Below, piece by piece: positions 13,596 through 27,285 of a stretch of 64,000 bases of DNA (the first letter of the stretch is position 1; each line of letters begins with the position of its first letter). Source of the DNA: Eledone cirrhosa (lineage: Eukaryota). The stretch covers positions 40,920,001 to 40,984,000 of the forward strand of contig OZ024751.1 in assembly GCA_964016885.1 (NCBI GenBank). Direction: 5' to 3'. The position numbers were made by a program, and so were the translations under genes. The notes under the pieces were generated by a model, which saw nothing but the letters and a program-made list of their open reading frames with translations, ran no database searches and was not told the origin of the DNA.

Positions 13596-14813
13596 ATAAA
13601 ATAATGAGATTAGTAAAGTTAAACGGAGTTATGAGTACTACGTATGTTGATACAATAATGAGGTTAACAACGTTAAACTTTAGAGTAACTCTGGGTGTTG
13701 AGAAAATAATAACCAAAAGCTGGGTTAATACAATTAGTTTTTGTTTTTCAAAAAAAAACATTCTCCGGGTTTATTCAACCCGTTTTCATTCTTCAAATAA
13801 CCAATCCTGTGCCTTGTCATCAAACAAAACACACTGTAATGTCGCAATTTAAGATGCATTACTTTCAAAACATTTTTCCACAGTAACTGTTACGAAATCG
13901 GCAATTTTTAAAACTTTATAAACAAAATCCCTTCCCCTAAGCATTTAGAAAGCCTAATAAATAATAAAGCTAATAATAAACAGTAAAAAAAAGTAGATAC
14001 ACTATGAATAATACTAAAGCTAAAGAAATGTTCAGCACTTGGGAAAGTCTACGCGGTGTCGTTTTACCATTTTGCTGGAATTAATCCTTTCTGAAGCCTC
14101 ACCCAGAAAAGATAAAGAAAAAAAAAAGTACAGCAAGTTTGTTGTTTACGTAAATACAAATGGTAGAACGTATCTCAAAGTACTCACACATACATACACA
14201 AACATAATCACACACACTCACACATGCTCGTACACGCACACACACACACACTCACATGCTCGTACACAGACATATACATAGATACGAACAATCCCACATG
14301 ATCACACATGATCACACATGATCACACATGATCACACACACTCGCTCACAGTTAGAATATGTATAGCCAATATATGTTTCGACGAAGGATCTTCAAGTGA
14401 TGTAGCTAAGACCCTTTCTTTGAATACATTTTAAAATCACATCTATAGAGTATATATACATATATATATTGTTATACTTGGGGAGGGTCATATTTGTGTA
14501 ATATTGCCAGAATTAATAACAGAACACACTCACTGTTTGGTTGGTTTTCGCTTTTCGCTTCTGTGTCTTTTATATCGGTTAATTTAATTTATTCGGTCCT
14601 CAATGTTGCCATTGACTGACCAACGGTCAAAAATACAGATACAACATAGACACAAACACATATATATAGTCTAACAAAATTCTTTCGTTGCACATCTGCA
14701 ACATCGTCAGTGGTGGTATTGTTTCTTCCCGTTGCATTGTATGTCTACGCCATCTATATACAAGTATAACAATATTTGTTTCGACACACGATTTCATATC
14801 AAAAACCTCGTAA

Positions 14814-14852
<39 letters not shown>

Positions 14853-14856
<4 letters not shown>

Positions 14857-15047
14857 CCTGAATTGGTTTTCTCGTTGCTTTGGTCCTTGCGGCTGGCTTA
14901 CCGGTCGCAGTCTTCAATTTGCCAAGCTGTCTAAACGTAATGTTATTACTCTAAGGTAAAATACCTTATTGAGTGCTTAGCTGCACATTCCGATTGCATT
15001 CGTTAGCTTAGCTGCAACTAGAGCTTCGGTTCTGGTGAACTTCCATT

Positions 15048-15048
<1 letters not shown>
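14853..15048 (+). mobile_element. (TA)n-flanked PLE-like remnant with the conserved tail hairpin
   Basis: ACTC-TAAGGTA-aaa-TACCTTA-TT-GAGT-GCTT at 14948-14978; TA tracts on both sides. Confidence 0.55.
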
Positions 15049-15139
<91 letters not shown>

Positions 15140-15144
<5 letters not shown>

Positions 15145-15364
15145 AGTATATCTACCAACATATGTATACAGATGTATACCCATTCTAGCAAATATATATG
15201 TTATGTCTTAGTACCTTTGTGGTTCTATGCAGGGGAATGCAGAACAATTATATGAAAGACGTAAAATAAGAAAATTTTAAAAATTAAAAATTAACTTACT
15301 TACTAATTAGTAAGTAAGTTAATTTTTAATTTTTAAAATTTTCTTATTTTACGTCTTTCATATA
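15140..15364. mobile_element. Repeat ending in a perfect 2x58-bp palindrome (15249-15364); unfolded homolog inverted at ~61060-61235
   Basis: TATATGAAAGACGTAAAATAAG...CTTACTAA|TTAGTAAG...CTTATTTTACGTCTTTCATATA. Confidence 0.8.
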
Positions 15365-15887
15365 TATATATGTATATATAAATATAAATTAGCGAGAATC
15401 GTTTTCAGCTCAGGAATTAACGAAAATCAACGTCCGATATGTGTGGCAAGCGCTCGATGAATCATATGAATCAGAGCTACAACATACGTTAAGGGCCAAA
15501 CACACTGAGATGATGGTTAAACATATCATCCGCACAGCCAAAACAAAACGACCAAGTAATTCGGGTCAAACAATAAAAATATATGTGTTGATACTTTCCC
15601 GGACCCTGGACTGATGGTAAAATCCAGTATTGGTTTCTGCGACTCCAAATCAGGTACTGTCCGCCTACATAAAGAATGTTGGGCTTCTGGTGAGATGATG
15701 AACAAGGAAGTCGTGTTATCAACGGGTTTTGCTCCAAGATGCTATAGATAGTGTGGCTATTACTGACCCCTCGTGGGATTCAGCAAGTATTAATAATAAA
15801 TGTGAAGACTAAAATCCGAAGAGGGATCGATAAGGATAATATATATAAAAATATATAAAAGCAACAATTCTTTAATCTGTTATTTTA

Positions 15888-16200
<313 letters not shown>

Positions 16201-16285
16201 GGGTAGTAGAATGGGCAATAGGAAAAGGTTCAGGATCTACCTGTCGAAACGGCCGGAGCTCTGCCGTCGGGGTCATGACTCTTTT

Positions 16286-16364
<79 letters not shown>

Positions 16365-16366
<2 letters not shown>

Positions 16367-16777
16367 AAAGTTATATTTAAATTGTTGGGTTACAACTAGT
16401 AAATATTTATAACTGATATAAAAGCACTCAACAAGTATTTGGAGTATATTTACGATATTAAATAAATGGAAACTATATTTATAAAACCATATTTATTTCA
16501 TTATATATATTTCAGGGATATCATATTAACAATATGTTATGCCTTCTTCAGACAAAATACAATATAGACAGTTTTATAAACAGTTTTATAACTGCCAAAT
16601 CAACTTTTCAAATACAAGTCGATGTTGAACGGTATGTCAAATCTATTTATTTATAAAACTGTCTATATTGTATTTTGTCTGAAGAAGGCATAACATATTG
16701 TTAATATGATATCCCTGAAATATATATAATGAAATAAATATGGTTTTATAAATATAGTTTCCATTTATTTAATATCG

Positions 16778-16779
<2 letters not shown>
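16365..16779. mobile_element. Hammerhead-bearing fold-back element 1 (PLE pseudo-LTR-like) inserted in (TA)n
   Basis: 130-bp inverted arms 16451-16580 and 16650-16779 with no mismatch seen, 69-bp spacer, tail hairpin at 16422-16445, TA tracts on both sides. Confidence 0.85.
16663..16743 (+). ncRNA. Type I minimal hammerhead ribozyme (mirror copy 16487-16567 on minus)
   Basis: CTATATTGTATTTTGT-CTGAAGA-[AGGCATAACATATT..AATATGATATCCCT]-GAAA-TATATA-TA-ATGAAATAAATATGG; stems I and II pair. Confidence 0.75.
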
Positions 16780-16808
<29 letters not shown>

Positions 16809-17201
16809 GTGTGGGTATGTGTGTGTATGTGCGTGTGTATTTATAGTCACACACACACATACGATGTCCTCCACTCTTTGAGATCAATTAGAAAGCAAGG
16901 CACCACTATTGATAGTATTCAATGATAGAACTAAATCATTTGCTATGTCATTGTCTAATTAGTATTGAATGGTAATTAGCTGCTTGGTGTAGAGTGGTGG
17001 TGGTGTGTGTGTGTGTGTGGGGGGGGGGGGGGGTTCATTAAAGACACTATATTGCGTGACAACAACGGGACGAGAACCAACTATATATATATATATATAT
17101 ATATACCCCTCACATACACACATATATATATACACACATATACACATATATATATATAATTACACACACACACAAACACTAGTACGCACACACACGCACA
17201 A

Positions 17202-17244
<43 letters not shown>

Positions 17245-17256
17245 CACACACACATT

Positions 17257-17296
<40 letters not shown>

Positions 17297-17439
17297 CACA
17301 CGCATACACACATACACACACCTAAACACATACACACATACACACATACACACACATATATACATGCACACTTCACACTTTTATTGATACATTAAGCAAT
17401 CTGGTATGTAAGAGGGAAGTTTTTTTTGTGTGTGTAATT

Positions 17440-20130
17440 ATATATATATATGTGTATATGTGTGTATATATATGTGTATATGTGTGTATATATAAGTGTG
17501 TATGTGTGAGGTATATATATGTGTATATTTGTGTATATATATGTGTATATGTGTGTATATATATATGTGTGTATGTGTGAGGTATATATATGTGTATATG
17601 TGTGTATATATATGTGTATATGTGTGTATATATATGTGTGTAGGTGTGAGGTATATATATGTGTATATGTGTGTATATATATGTGTATATGTGTGTATAT
17701 ATATATGTGTGAGGTATATATATGTGTGTATGTGTGTATATATATGTGTATATGTGTGTATATATATATGTGTGTATGTATGAGATATTTATATGTGTAT
17801 ATTTGTGTATATATATGTGTATATGTGTGTATATATATATGTGTGTATGTATGAGGTATATATATGTGTATATGTGTGTATATATATGTGTATATGTGTG
17901 TATATATATATGTGTATGTGTGAGGTATATATATGTGTATATTTGTGTATATATATGTGTATATGTGTGTATATATATATGTGTGTATGTGTGAGGTATA
18001 TATATGTGTATATGTGTGTATATATATGTGTATATGTGTGTATATATATATGTGTGTATGTGTGAGGTATATATATGTGTGTATGTGTGTATATATATAT
18101 GTGTATATGTGTGTATATATATATGTGTGTATGTATGAGATATTTATATGTGTATATTTGTGTATATATATGTGTATATGTGTGTATATATATATGTGTG
18201 TATGTATGAGGTATATATATGTGTATATGTGTGTATATATATGTGTATATGTGTGTATATATATATGTGTATGTGTGAGGTATATATATGTGTATATTTG
18301 TGTGTATATATATGTGTATATGTGTGTATATATATGTGTGTGTATGTGTGAGGTATATATATGTGTATATGTGTATATATATATGTGTATATGTGTGTAT
18401 ATATATATGTGTGTATGTATGAGGTATATATATGTGTATATTTGTGTATATATATGTGTATATGTGCGTATATATATATGTGTGTATGTATGAGGTATAT
18501 ATATATGTATATGTGTGTATATATATGTGTATATGTGTGTATATATATATGTGTGTATGTATGAGGTGTATATATGTGTATATGTGTGTATATATATGTG
18601 TATATGTGTGTATATATATATGTGTGTATGTATGAGATATTTATATGTGTATATTTGTGTATATATATGTGTATATGTGTGTATATATATATGTGTGTAT
18701 GTATGAGGTATATATATGTGTATATGTGTGTATATATATGTGTATATGTGTGTATATATATATGTGTATGTGTGAGGTATATATATGTGTATATTTGTGT
18801 GTATATATATGTGTATATGTGTGTATATATATGTGTGTGTATGTGTGAGGTATATATATGTGTATATGTGTATATATATATGTGTATATGTGTGTATATA
18901 TATATGTGTGTATGTATGAGGTATATATATGTGTATATTTGTGTATATATATGTGTATATGTGCGTATATATATATGTGTGTATGTATGAGGTATATATA
19001 TATGTATATGTGTGTATATATATGTGTATATGTGTGTATATATATATGTGTGTATGTATGAGGTGTATATATGTGTATATGTGTGTATATATATGTGTAT
19101 ATGTGTGTATATATATGTGTATATGTGTATATATATATGTGTGTATGTATGAGGTATATATATGTGTATATGTGTGTATATATATGTGTATATGTGTGTA
19201 TATGTGTGTATATATATATGTGTGTATGTGTGAGGTATATATATGTGTATATGTGTATATATATATGTGTATATGTGTGTATATATATATGTGTGTATGT
19301 ATGAGGTATATATATGTGTATATTTGTGTATATATATGTGTATATGTGTGTATATATATATGTGTGTATGTATGAGGTATATATATGTGTATATGTGTGT
19401 ATATATATGTGTATATGTGTGTATATATATATGTGTGTATGTATGAGGTGTATATATGTGTATATGTGTGTATATATATGTGTATATGTGTGTATATATA
19501 TACGTGTGTATGTATGAGGTATATATATGTGTATATGTGTGTATATATATGTGTATATGTGTGTATATATATATGTGTGTATGTATGAGGTATATATATG
19601 TGTATATGTGTGTATATATATGTGTATATGTGTGTATATATATGTGTGTAGGTGTGAGGTATATATATGTGTATATGTGTGTATATATATGTGTATATGT
19701 GTGTATATATATATGTGTGTATGTGTGGGGTATATATATGTGTGTATGTGTGTATATATGTGTGTATATGTGTGTATATATATGTGTGTATGTGTGAGGT
19801 ATATATATGTGTATATTTGTGTGTATATATATGTGTATATGTGTGTATATATATATGTGTGTATGTATGAGGTATATATATGTGTATATGTGTGTATATA
19901 TATATGTGTATATGTGTGTATATATATGTGTATATGTGTGTATATATATGTATGTGTGTATGTGTGAGGTATATATATGTATATATGTGTGTATATATAT
20001 GTGTATATGTGTGTATATATATATGCGTGTATGTGTGAGGTATATATATATATGTGTATATGTGTGTATATATATGTGTATATATGTGTATATATATGTG
20101 TATATGTGTGAGGTATATATATATAGAGAT
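17440..20130. repeat. ~71-bp minisatellite built from TA/TG dinucleotides with a GAGGT anchor
   Basis: GAGGTATATATATGTGTAT recurs every ~70-71 bp; source of the 926-aa artefact ORF. Confidence 0.95.
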
Positions 20131-20774
20131 ATATATATTTAGTTGGTTCTCGTCTCGTTGTTGATCACGCAATCTGGTTTATTGTGGTGTTTCATTTCAG
20201 AATGATTCAGTCGATTGATTGGTTAATAACTACAAGATGTAAGTGATTGATTACTAACTCTGCAATGTAATCGATTAATTGATAATTCCGATAGCAATAT
20301 ATACACAAGGGAGAACATTATTGGAGATATTTAGTTCAGATTACATTTACTAGCGGAAGTTGACTAAATACCAGGTGCCAGGCATTAACTGGTTGTTTTC
20401 TCATTCAACTGACCGCCATTAAGACCCCCCCCCCACTGTTATCGATCCACGAACTATTGCCGTTTACATCAGTCAAATCAGAACAATGCTTCATGCCTGA
20501 GTAAAGAGCCTCTGCGAAGTGGCAAAGGCTGATGTAGTGGGTACCACTGGCTGTTCTCTGTGGTAACACTCTCCACCCAACTGTGTAGATTTTCTCTTTC
20601 TCAATGTCTCCTCCTCATGTTTTTTATATCTTTCAATATATTTTTTTCCAATTTATATATTCTTTTTCTTTCTTCTTTTTTTTGTTCTTTGGCTTGTACA
20701 CATGTTAAACTTCTAATACTTTCATTGGATCCCAAGAAAATTTGAATTATTAGTGACTATCGTCTCTCTTCTGC

Positions 20775-20852
20775 CAGGAGTTGCGACCGGTAGATAGTAT
20801 CAGCAATGAAAAGACCAATGGAAACATTGTTTCCTTGGTCTGATTTGACGAG
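20775..20852. repeat. Unclassified dispersed repeat, second copy at ~28438-28513
   Basis: GGAGTTGCGACCG.TAGATAGTAT.AGCAAT..AAAGACCAA.GGAAACATTGTT.C..GGT..GATTTGACGA in both. Confidence 0.75.
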
Positions 20853-21257
20853 TTCCACCCCATATTCTGGAAGCGAATGAGGTCTGAGATCTTGTTGATC
20901 AAACTCCACTCTCTCGACATCTTCTATAGTCTCTCCAGCAGATCATTTAACTTTCAGTACTAACGAAACACGTGGAACGTCTCTTTGCTTGTATTGGAAT
21001 GAGGCAACATCTCGTCTGACATAACTTATTAATCATTCTTCATTGTATAAAACAGAACAATAACGACTGAGGATGTAGCAGATGCGAGTCTTGACTGGCG
21101 ATGGCGTATCTCAAATAATAAATTCCATGTAAACTGTTATATGACGATTGAAGGACTCAGTTACAATAACTGGAGTGCCAGCAGCTAAAAGTACTTTTTT
21201 CATTCGTTTGTTTAAGAGAATAATCAATAAACATAATTGTATATGTATGGATGTGTG

Positions 21258-21352
<95 letters not shown>

Positions 21353-21456
21353 ATATATGTATGTTTCTAGGTATGTAGTATGTATATATGTAGGTATACA
21401 TATGTCTATGCATATAGGTATGTATGCACGTATGTATATATGTATGTAGGTATATC

Positions 21457-21779
21457 ATGATGTTGACTTGTTCTTCTTTTTGGTAAATATCATCTTGGTT
21501 AAGAGAGTGGGACTGGCTTTGTGCAGTGCCTTTGCTCACTATAAAAGCTTCACGGCACAGGCATTGCTTTATATCTGGAGATCTCTCTGCACTTGTCGTC
21601 ACATGGTACCATGGGCCCAGCACTATGTGTCAGTAATTGTCACAAGTGTAGTGTTTGTACCAGAGTTTTCAAGTCGCTGGCTGGACTAAAAAGTCACTCG
21701 TTCAGCGCATCGGTAGGGGTTCTCCTACATGGATATAAAGTAGTGGCCGTACTCGAAAACGAGCTGGCAGCCACCATGT

Positions 21780-21782
<3 letters not shown>
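21457..21782 (+). mobile_element. RTE-like internally deleted element retaining the C-terminal zinc finger
   Basis: 5'UTR-like block shared with 16.1, 25.5 and 33.7 kb; peptide HKCSVCTRVFKSLAGLKSH resembles the CxxC..F.S..GL.SH finger at the end of RTE/BovB ORFs; tail GTACTCGAAAACGAGCTGGCAGCCACCATGTA. Confidence 0.65.
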
Positions 21783-21833
<51 letters not shown>

Positions 21834-22814
21834 ACATACATATATACATACATGCATACACATATATATATATACATACCTACATGCATACATATATGCA
21901 TACCTACATATATACATACACACACACACCCACATACATATATATATATATGCATACATACATATATATGTATGTATATATGTATGCATGTATGTATGTA
22001 TATGTACGAATTCATGTATGTATATAAGAATGCATGCATACGTATGTTTCAATATATATACATATCTTTAGTAGAACAAGATGTTAAATTAGACGTTAAA
22101 TTTGGAAATCGCTTTTGTTTAATTCTCATTCTGTAATCTTTTACGATATCTATCTAGTTCACCTTAGTAAGGAAAGCTCTTACAAATCTCGTTTAGATAA
22201 ATGTTGTCAGTTTGTAGTTCATGGAAGTCATATAAATTAAAATGACTTCAAGACGTCATTTTGTCAGATCGGTTTGTTAATACTAGACTTCACGTTGTCA
22301 AACAGAATCCGTCTATCTTAAACTCTACCAAATGTATTTTGATTTCCAAATCTTTATAGACATCAATGGCTAGTTACGTTTAACATTTGCAAACCAAATT
22401 TCCTCCTGATAGATTGCATTTCTTCTCTTCCATTTGCCTATATTCTTTTACTGGTTTCAGTTATTAGACTGCGGCTATTCCATGGCATGATCTTAAAGAG
22501 ATTTAGTCGATCATATCGATCACTGTACGTTTTTATTCTAAGCCTGGTATTAATTATATAGAAACCTTTCTGTCGAACCACGAAGATTTGAAGTAATTTA
22601 TTATAGAAAGAAAATATTATTTATTCGGTCCGTAAAATCATTGGATATGTACTAGATTCGATAATCATTTGTAACGCAGCTGTTGTTGAGGAATTAAACC
22701 TGATTGGAGAACCCAGTTGACCGAATACTTATCTCATCACATACCAGCGCTCTTTCTATTACAACGTCTTGTTGTCAATGGAAGTCATACCTTCGATCAT
22801 TAGCATCCTCAAAA

Positions 22815-23440
22815 GGAATCGGAGCAACATGGTTTAGTGACAATGTCTCAACCAACACCTCAATAACTTCATCTATACCACATCGGAACGACATGGGTTG
22901 TTGACATTGTCCAATCAAGAGATTAAATATCTCAAATCTACCGTCATCGGAGCAACATGGATTGGTGACAATGACCCAACCGACACCTCACTAACTTCAT
23001 CTGTACCACAGTGGCGGTACCTCGTGGTTTGGTGAGATTGTCCAATCAGGACCTCGCTGACCTCAACTGCACCACCATCGGAACTATGTGGTTTGGTAAC
23101 ATTGTCCAATCAGGACCTCGCTGACCTTAACTGCACCACCATCGGAACTACGTGGTTTGATGACATTGTCCAATCAGGACCTCACTAGCCTTAACTGCAC
23201 CACCATCGGAACTACGTGGTTTGATGACATTGTCCAATCAGGACCTCGCTGACCTTAACTGCACCACCATCGGAACTACGTGGTTTGATGACATTGTCCA
23301 ATCAGGACCTCGCTGACCTCAACTGCACCACCATCGGAACTACGTGGTTTAATGACATTGTCCAATCAGGACCTCGCTGACCTCAACTGCGCCACCATCG
23401 GAACAACATTGTCCAATGAAGACCTCATTAACCTCGTCTG
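22815..23440. repeat. 64-bp tandem repeat (about 6 good copies plus degenerate leading copies)
   Basis: GACATTGTCCAATCAGGACCTCGCTGACCTYAACTGCACCACCATCGGAACTACGTGGTTTGAT, period 64 (23162, 23226). Confidence 0.95.
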
Positions 23441-24505
23441 TACTGCCATCATCCCACTCTTAAGTATAGTGAGAATAGTTTTCGTCTGAGACATCTGTCA
23501 ACGCATGTGTATGGCCTGCTGTGGTGTGCACACATCATTTATAGAGCAACACTCTTCTTATTTACCATCGAGTAAAACAAAACAGTGCATAAGAGCGCAC
23601 ACACATATACTCTCTTTCTTACTCTCTCTTACTACCTCTCACTAACCCCCTCTCTCTCTCTTACTCTCACTTACTACCACCCTCTCTTTATCTCTCTGTC
23701 ACACACACTGACACTCACATCAACACACATGCGCATACACATACACAGAAACACATTATGAAAGTAAAGTCGCCCCTTTCCTCCAATCACACAGAAGCCT
23801 GACAGCTTCCAGCTTCAGCTCACCAATTCCTCTCTTGCTTATATGTCACGAGGAAATGTGTGGTTTCAGAAGTGGGTTAAGTCGTCTTTAGGGTCACATG
23901 ACTTCCTGTTGACTTTGAAAGAATAATAAAAAAAAAAAATGAAAAAGAAAATCAACAGCAAAAATCAAATCAAAACAACACACGAAAAACGAAACAAAAA
24001 AAAAATGAAACGAAAAAAGATTGTTATGGCAGACGATCAAATGTTTTCCACATGGAGCAATTGAAGTGAAAGCGATGCCATCGGCTAGCTGGTTATTATA
24101 ATTCTGGATGTTATACATTATTCCTCTAATTATATTAGAATAATAATTTATCAGTATATAACATTAATAATATGTGACTGCATCATAATCTCATTTTCTT
24201 ATTGTAAACTACTTAACGTAACATCTGTAGTTGTTATTGCAGCAGAATATATCATATAAACATGGCAACAGTGGATATCACACATATACTACACTGTGTT
24301 ATTGGATACCAATACAACATAGGGGAAGGTGGAACGGAATTGGAAGGAGAGGGTAGACTCAAAACCTCATTCTAGAGAATATATCTCATCTGCAACCAAC
24401 GTACAAAATGGCAAAAGTCCCTCCCCTTCATGGGGACCTTTGCTCAGGCGGTATACACTACTTTCAATTCTGTGGAGGAAAAACGGCAGTTCGGGGACTC
24501 AGGAA

Positions 24506-24730
24506 GACACCAGAGGTTTCCACGGTGATCGGAACGATAGGTCAATATAAGCCAGTCTATATTCCAATATAAGTGACCCTTTAGCAAGACCTATCACTCA
24601 AAGAGAACAGCAGAGGTTTCCACGGCGATCGGAATAATAGGTCAATATAAGCCAGTCTATATTTCAATATAAGTGACCCTTTAGCAAGGCCTTTCACCCA
24701 AAGAGAACACCAGAGGTCCTCACGGTGATC
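24506..24730. repeat. 100-bp tandem duplication (2.2 copies)
   Basis: CAGAGGT at 24511, 24611, 24711 with near-identical intervening sequence. Confidence 0.95.
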
Positions 24731-25410
24731 AGTGCGATAATATTTATCACAATCCCAATTATATCAGACATTCAACCAGAGCTGACTTTAGACTATTCTA
24801 TACCTCTCCTATACCATTAAAATAGCAGCGTGCTACTGTACATTATAAACTATAAACTATAAATATTTCTGAAGAGAATGGCTGCAGGGGAAAATTAGTC
24901 AAGTCACATGCTGCATGAAAAAAACAATAGTAAAGTTAAGGCTAACAAGTTTGCATCTCTGTATGTATTTTCTTTTCTTCAACAAGTTAATGGACGAAAC
25001 CAAACACCAAAGAAATCCCCTCCCCACCCAAAAAACCTTGATTTTTTTTTACATACATAAGATGCATACATCACATTATACATACATACAGTTCCATTAT
25101 ATATACTACTCCCATTAGGCTAGCTAACATTAAAAAATAACGAAAGGACAAAATATAGACGGTATATATAATAGGATCTATACATCTCGTGGGTGTAAAG
25201 AATCCAATGTTATTCGGTTTGGACCGTCAGCTTCTTGAAGAAAAATGGTTTCGATGTAAAAACATTCCTAACGTTTATGGTTTTCAATTGGACTGTGACC
25301 GCTTCAAATATTTTGATATCAAATTCTGCGAACGAAGGGATGATTATTTACCCTTGCCACCCTGAACATAATGTTGAACATTCAAGGCAAAAGACTTGAA
25401 ATCAGATTTA

Positions 25411-25719
25411 CATACATACATACATACATGATGGCTGCCCCCTCGTTATCGAGTATGGTCATTGCACGATATACCATTATTAGTAATTATTAATTAATTC
25501 TATCGAGCAATGCCTGTGCGTGAAGATATTTTATAAAGTGAGGAAAGACTGTGCACTGAGCCAATCCCACTCTTTGAGCGACAGTAGCTATAACCCGAAA
25601 AGAAGAAAAGATCAACATCATCGGTAACTACTTAGGGTAGTAGAATGGGCAATAGGAAAAGGTTCAGGATCTACCTGTCGAAACGGCCGGAGCTCTGCCG
25701 TCGGGGTCATGACTCTTTT

Positions 25720-25776
<57 letters not shown>

Positions 25777-26000
25777 GTGTGGGGATGTGTGTATGTGCGT
25801 GTGTATTTATAGTCACACACACATACGATGTCCTCCACACCTAACTCGAAAAGAAGAAAAGATCAACATCATCGGTAACTACTGAGCCGCAGGTTTTATA
25901 TCGGAGTTATCCCAGTTTCCTGAGTTACCTTCTCCTAGAAGAATGCCCTGACAAAGGCTAGGGATTCTTCACTCCCAGTGGTATACATACAGCCAGGAGT
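25411..26000 (-). mobile_element. RTE-like non-autonomous element interrupted at ~25633-25841 with a 42-bp duplication
   Basis: (TGTA)n tail and RTE-like end at 25411-25460; TAACYCGAAAAGAAGAAAAGATCAACATCATCGGTAACTACT at 25591-25632 and 25842-25883; 5' block CTAGGAGAAGGTAACTC similar to 33626-33642. Confidence 0.6.
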
Positions 26001-26065
26001 GGGGTCGGAGGATAAAGGGCGGTAAAAAAGGTTATTGTGAAGCTGGCGGAGAGCATCAGCCCTAT

Positions 26066-26250
26066 AGCGCTCCAAACCACCACAGCGCCACCTTTGTCAG
26101 TGGTTTGATGACAATGTCATCGCGACGCCGAAGATTGCGAAGAGCGGAGAACTCAGTCCGCGTGATGTTAGAGCGACGAGAAAGCTGGTGGAAACGGAAC
26201 CGATTCACAGTACGACGGCAAGTATCGACAAAGGAGTCGAGGGTGCTGGG
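26066..26250 (-). mobile_element. Penelope-like element reverse-transcriptase ORF fragment (DKG motif region), frameshifted
   Basis: manual translation PSTLDSFVDTCRRTVNRFRFHQLSRRSNITRTEFSALRNLRRRDDIVIKP-(1-nt deletion)-DKGGAVVVWS matches the PLE N.T..E..AL..L....DIVIKPADKG.AVVV motif. Confidence 0.85.
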
Positions 26251-26565
26251 TTGTGTTGTTATTTCTGTTTACCTTTTACATACATTCATATATATATATA
26301 TATATATAGGCATCTGTATAGTTTCAGTCCTATAATAGAGGACATCTCTCACTCATGTCATCTATGGCGAGATTACCACGGGATTACTACACAAACATCT
26401 TCAGCACACAGTCACTCTTGCACCTATTAAACGACGCGATGTTTTAATAAAGAGCCTTATCAATGTTGAATGAGAAGCAACCTAAAATTATCTTTATCAT
26501 TGGCGACTTCACTAATTTAATTCGAATCAACCAATCAATAATTTCTTAAGGAAGTTACCATAGAA

Positions 26566-26660
26566 ACAGCAGCAGCAACAGCAGTAGCAACAACAGCAGT
26601 AGCAACAACAGCAGTAGCAACAACAGCAGTAGCAACAACAGCAGTATCAACAACAGCAAC
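26566..26660. repeat. 15-bp AGCAACAACAGCAGT repeat
   Basis: direct reading. Confidence 0.9.
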
Positions 26661-26979
26661 GATAGAAGCATTAGTAGAAAGAGTAGAAGCAATAAAATGT
26701 ATATTTCTTGATGTAATTAAACAAACAATTAAGAGTAGATTTTGTTTAATACTATCTTACAGTGTAGACGTTAAGTATTCTCAATAAAGTTCTAATATAT
26801 CCAAAATGCTGATTTATATAAATGTATTTATTTATATTTGAATCTATAAATCTTGGTATGGTTGTAGAGATGCTGTAGTCTCATACAACGTTTCTTGCAC
26901 ATTTTTAAAACTTGGCGGAAATCATCACCTCTCTATGAGGAGATAGAGAAAGTGATAGAAGTTCGAAAGAGATATAAAA

Positions 26980-27285
26980 GAAGAATCGACCCCCAGTATT
27001 GGACAGGTATTTTTTGTTATCGACCTCGAAAGGATGAAAGGTAAAGCTGACCTCGACGTGATTTAAACTCAGAGAAGGATAGAGAGTCAGAGAATGGAAA
27101 TGAGAAAGATATATAGAAGAACTGGCCCCCAGTGCTAGACTGGTATATTTTTCTATCAAACTCGAAAGGATGAAAAGCAAGGTTGACCTCGACGCGATTT
27201 GAACTCAGAAAGAGAGAGAGGGAGAGTCAGAACGAGTACCAGAAAGCATCGTATGTGACGTTCTAACGACTTTGCCATTCAACTA
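26980..27285 (-). mobile_element. Degenerate, duplicated SINE A fragments
   Basis: AGGATGAAAGGTAAAGCTGACCTCG and AGGATGAAAAGCAAGGTTGACCTCG. Confidence 0.7.

Noticed and set aside
17392-20172. 926-aa Y/I/H/T ORF
   Set aside because: Translation of a TA/TG minisatellite; no domain content
21593-21781. Host C2H2 zinc-finger gene exon
   Set aside because: Single incomplete finger embedded between repeat-family 5' block and retrotransposon-like tail
24869-24900. CTGAAGA...GAAA hammerhead-like spacing
   Set aside because: No stem II or stem I pairing; CTGAGGA at ~21067 and 56520(-) and CTGATGA at ~55409 also lack a proper GAAA or stems
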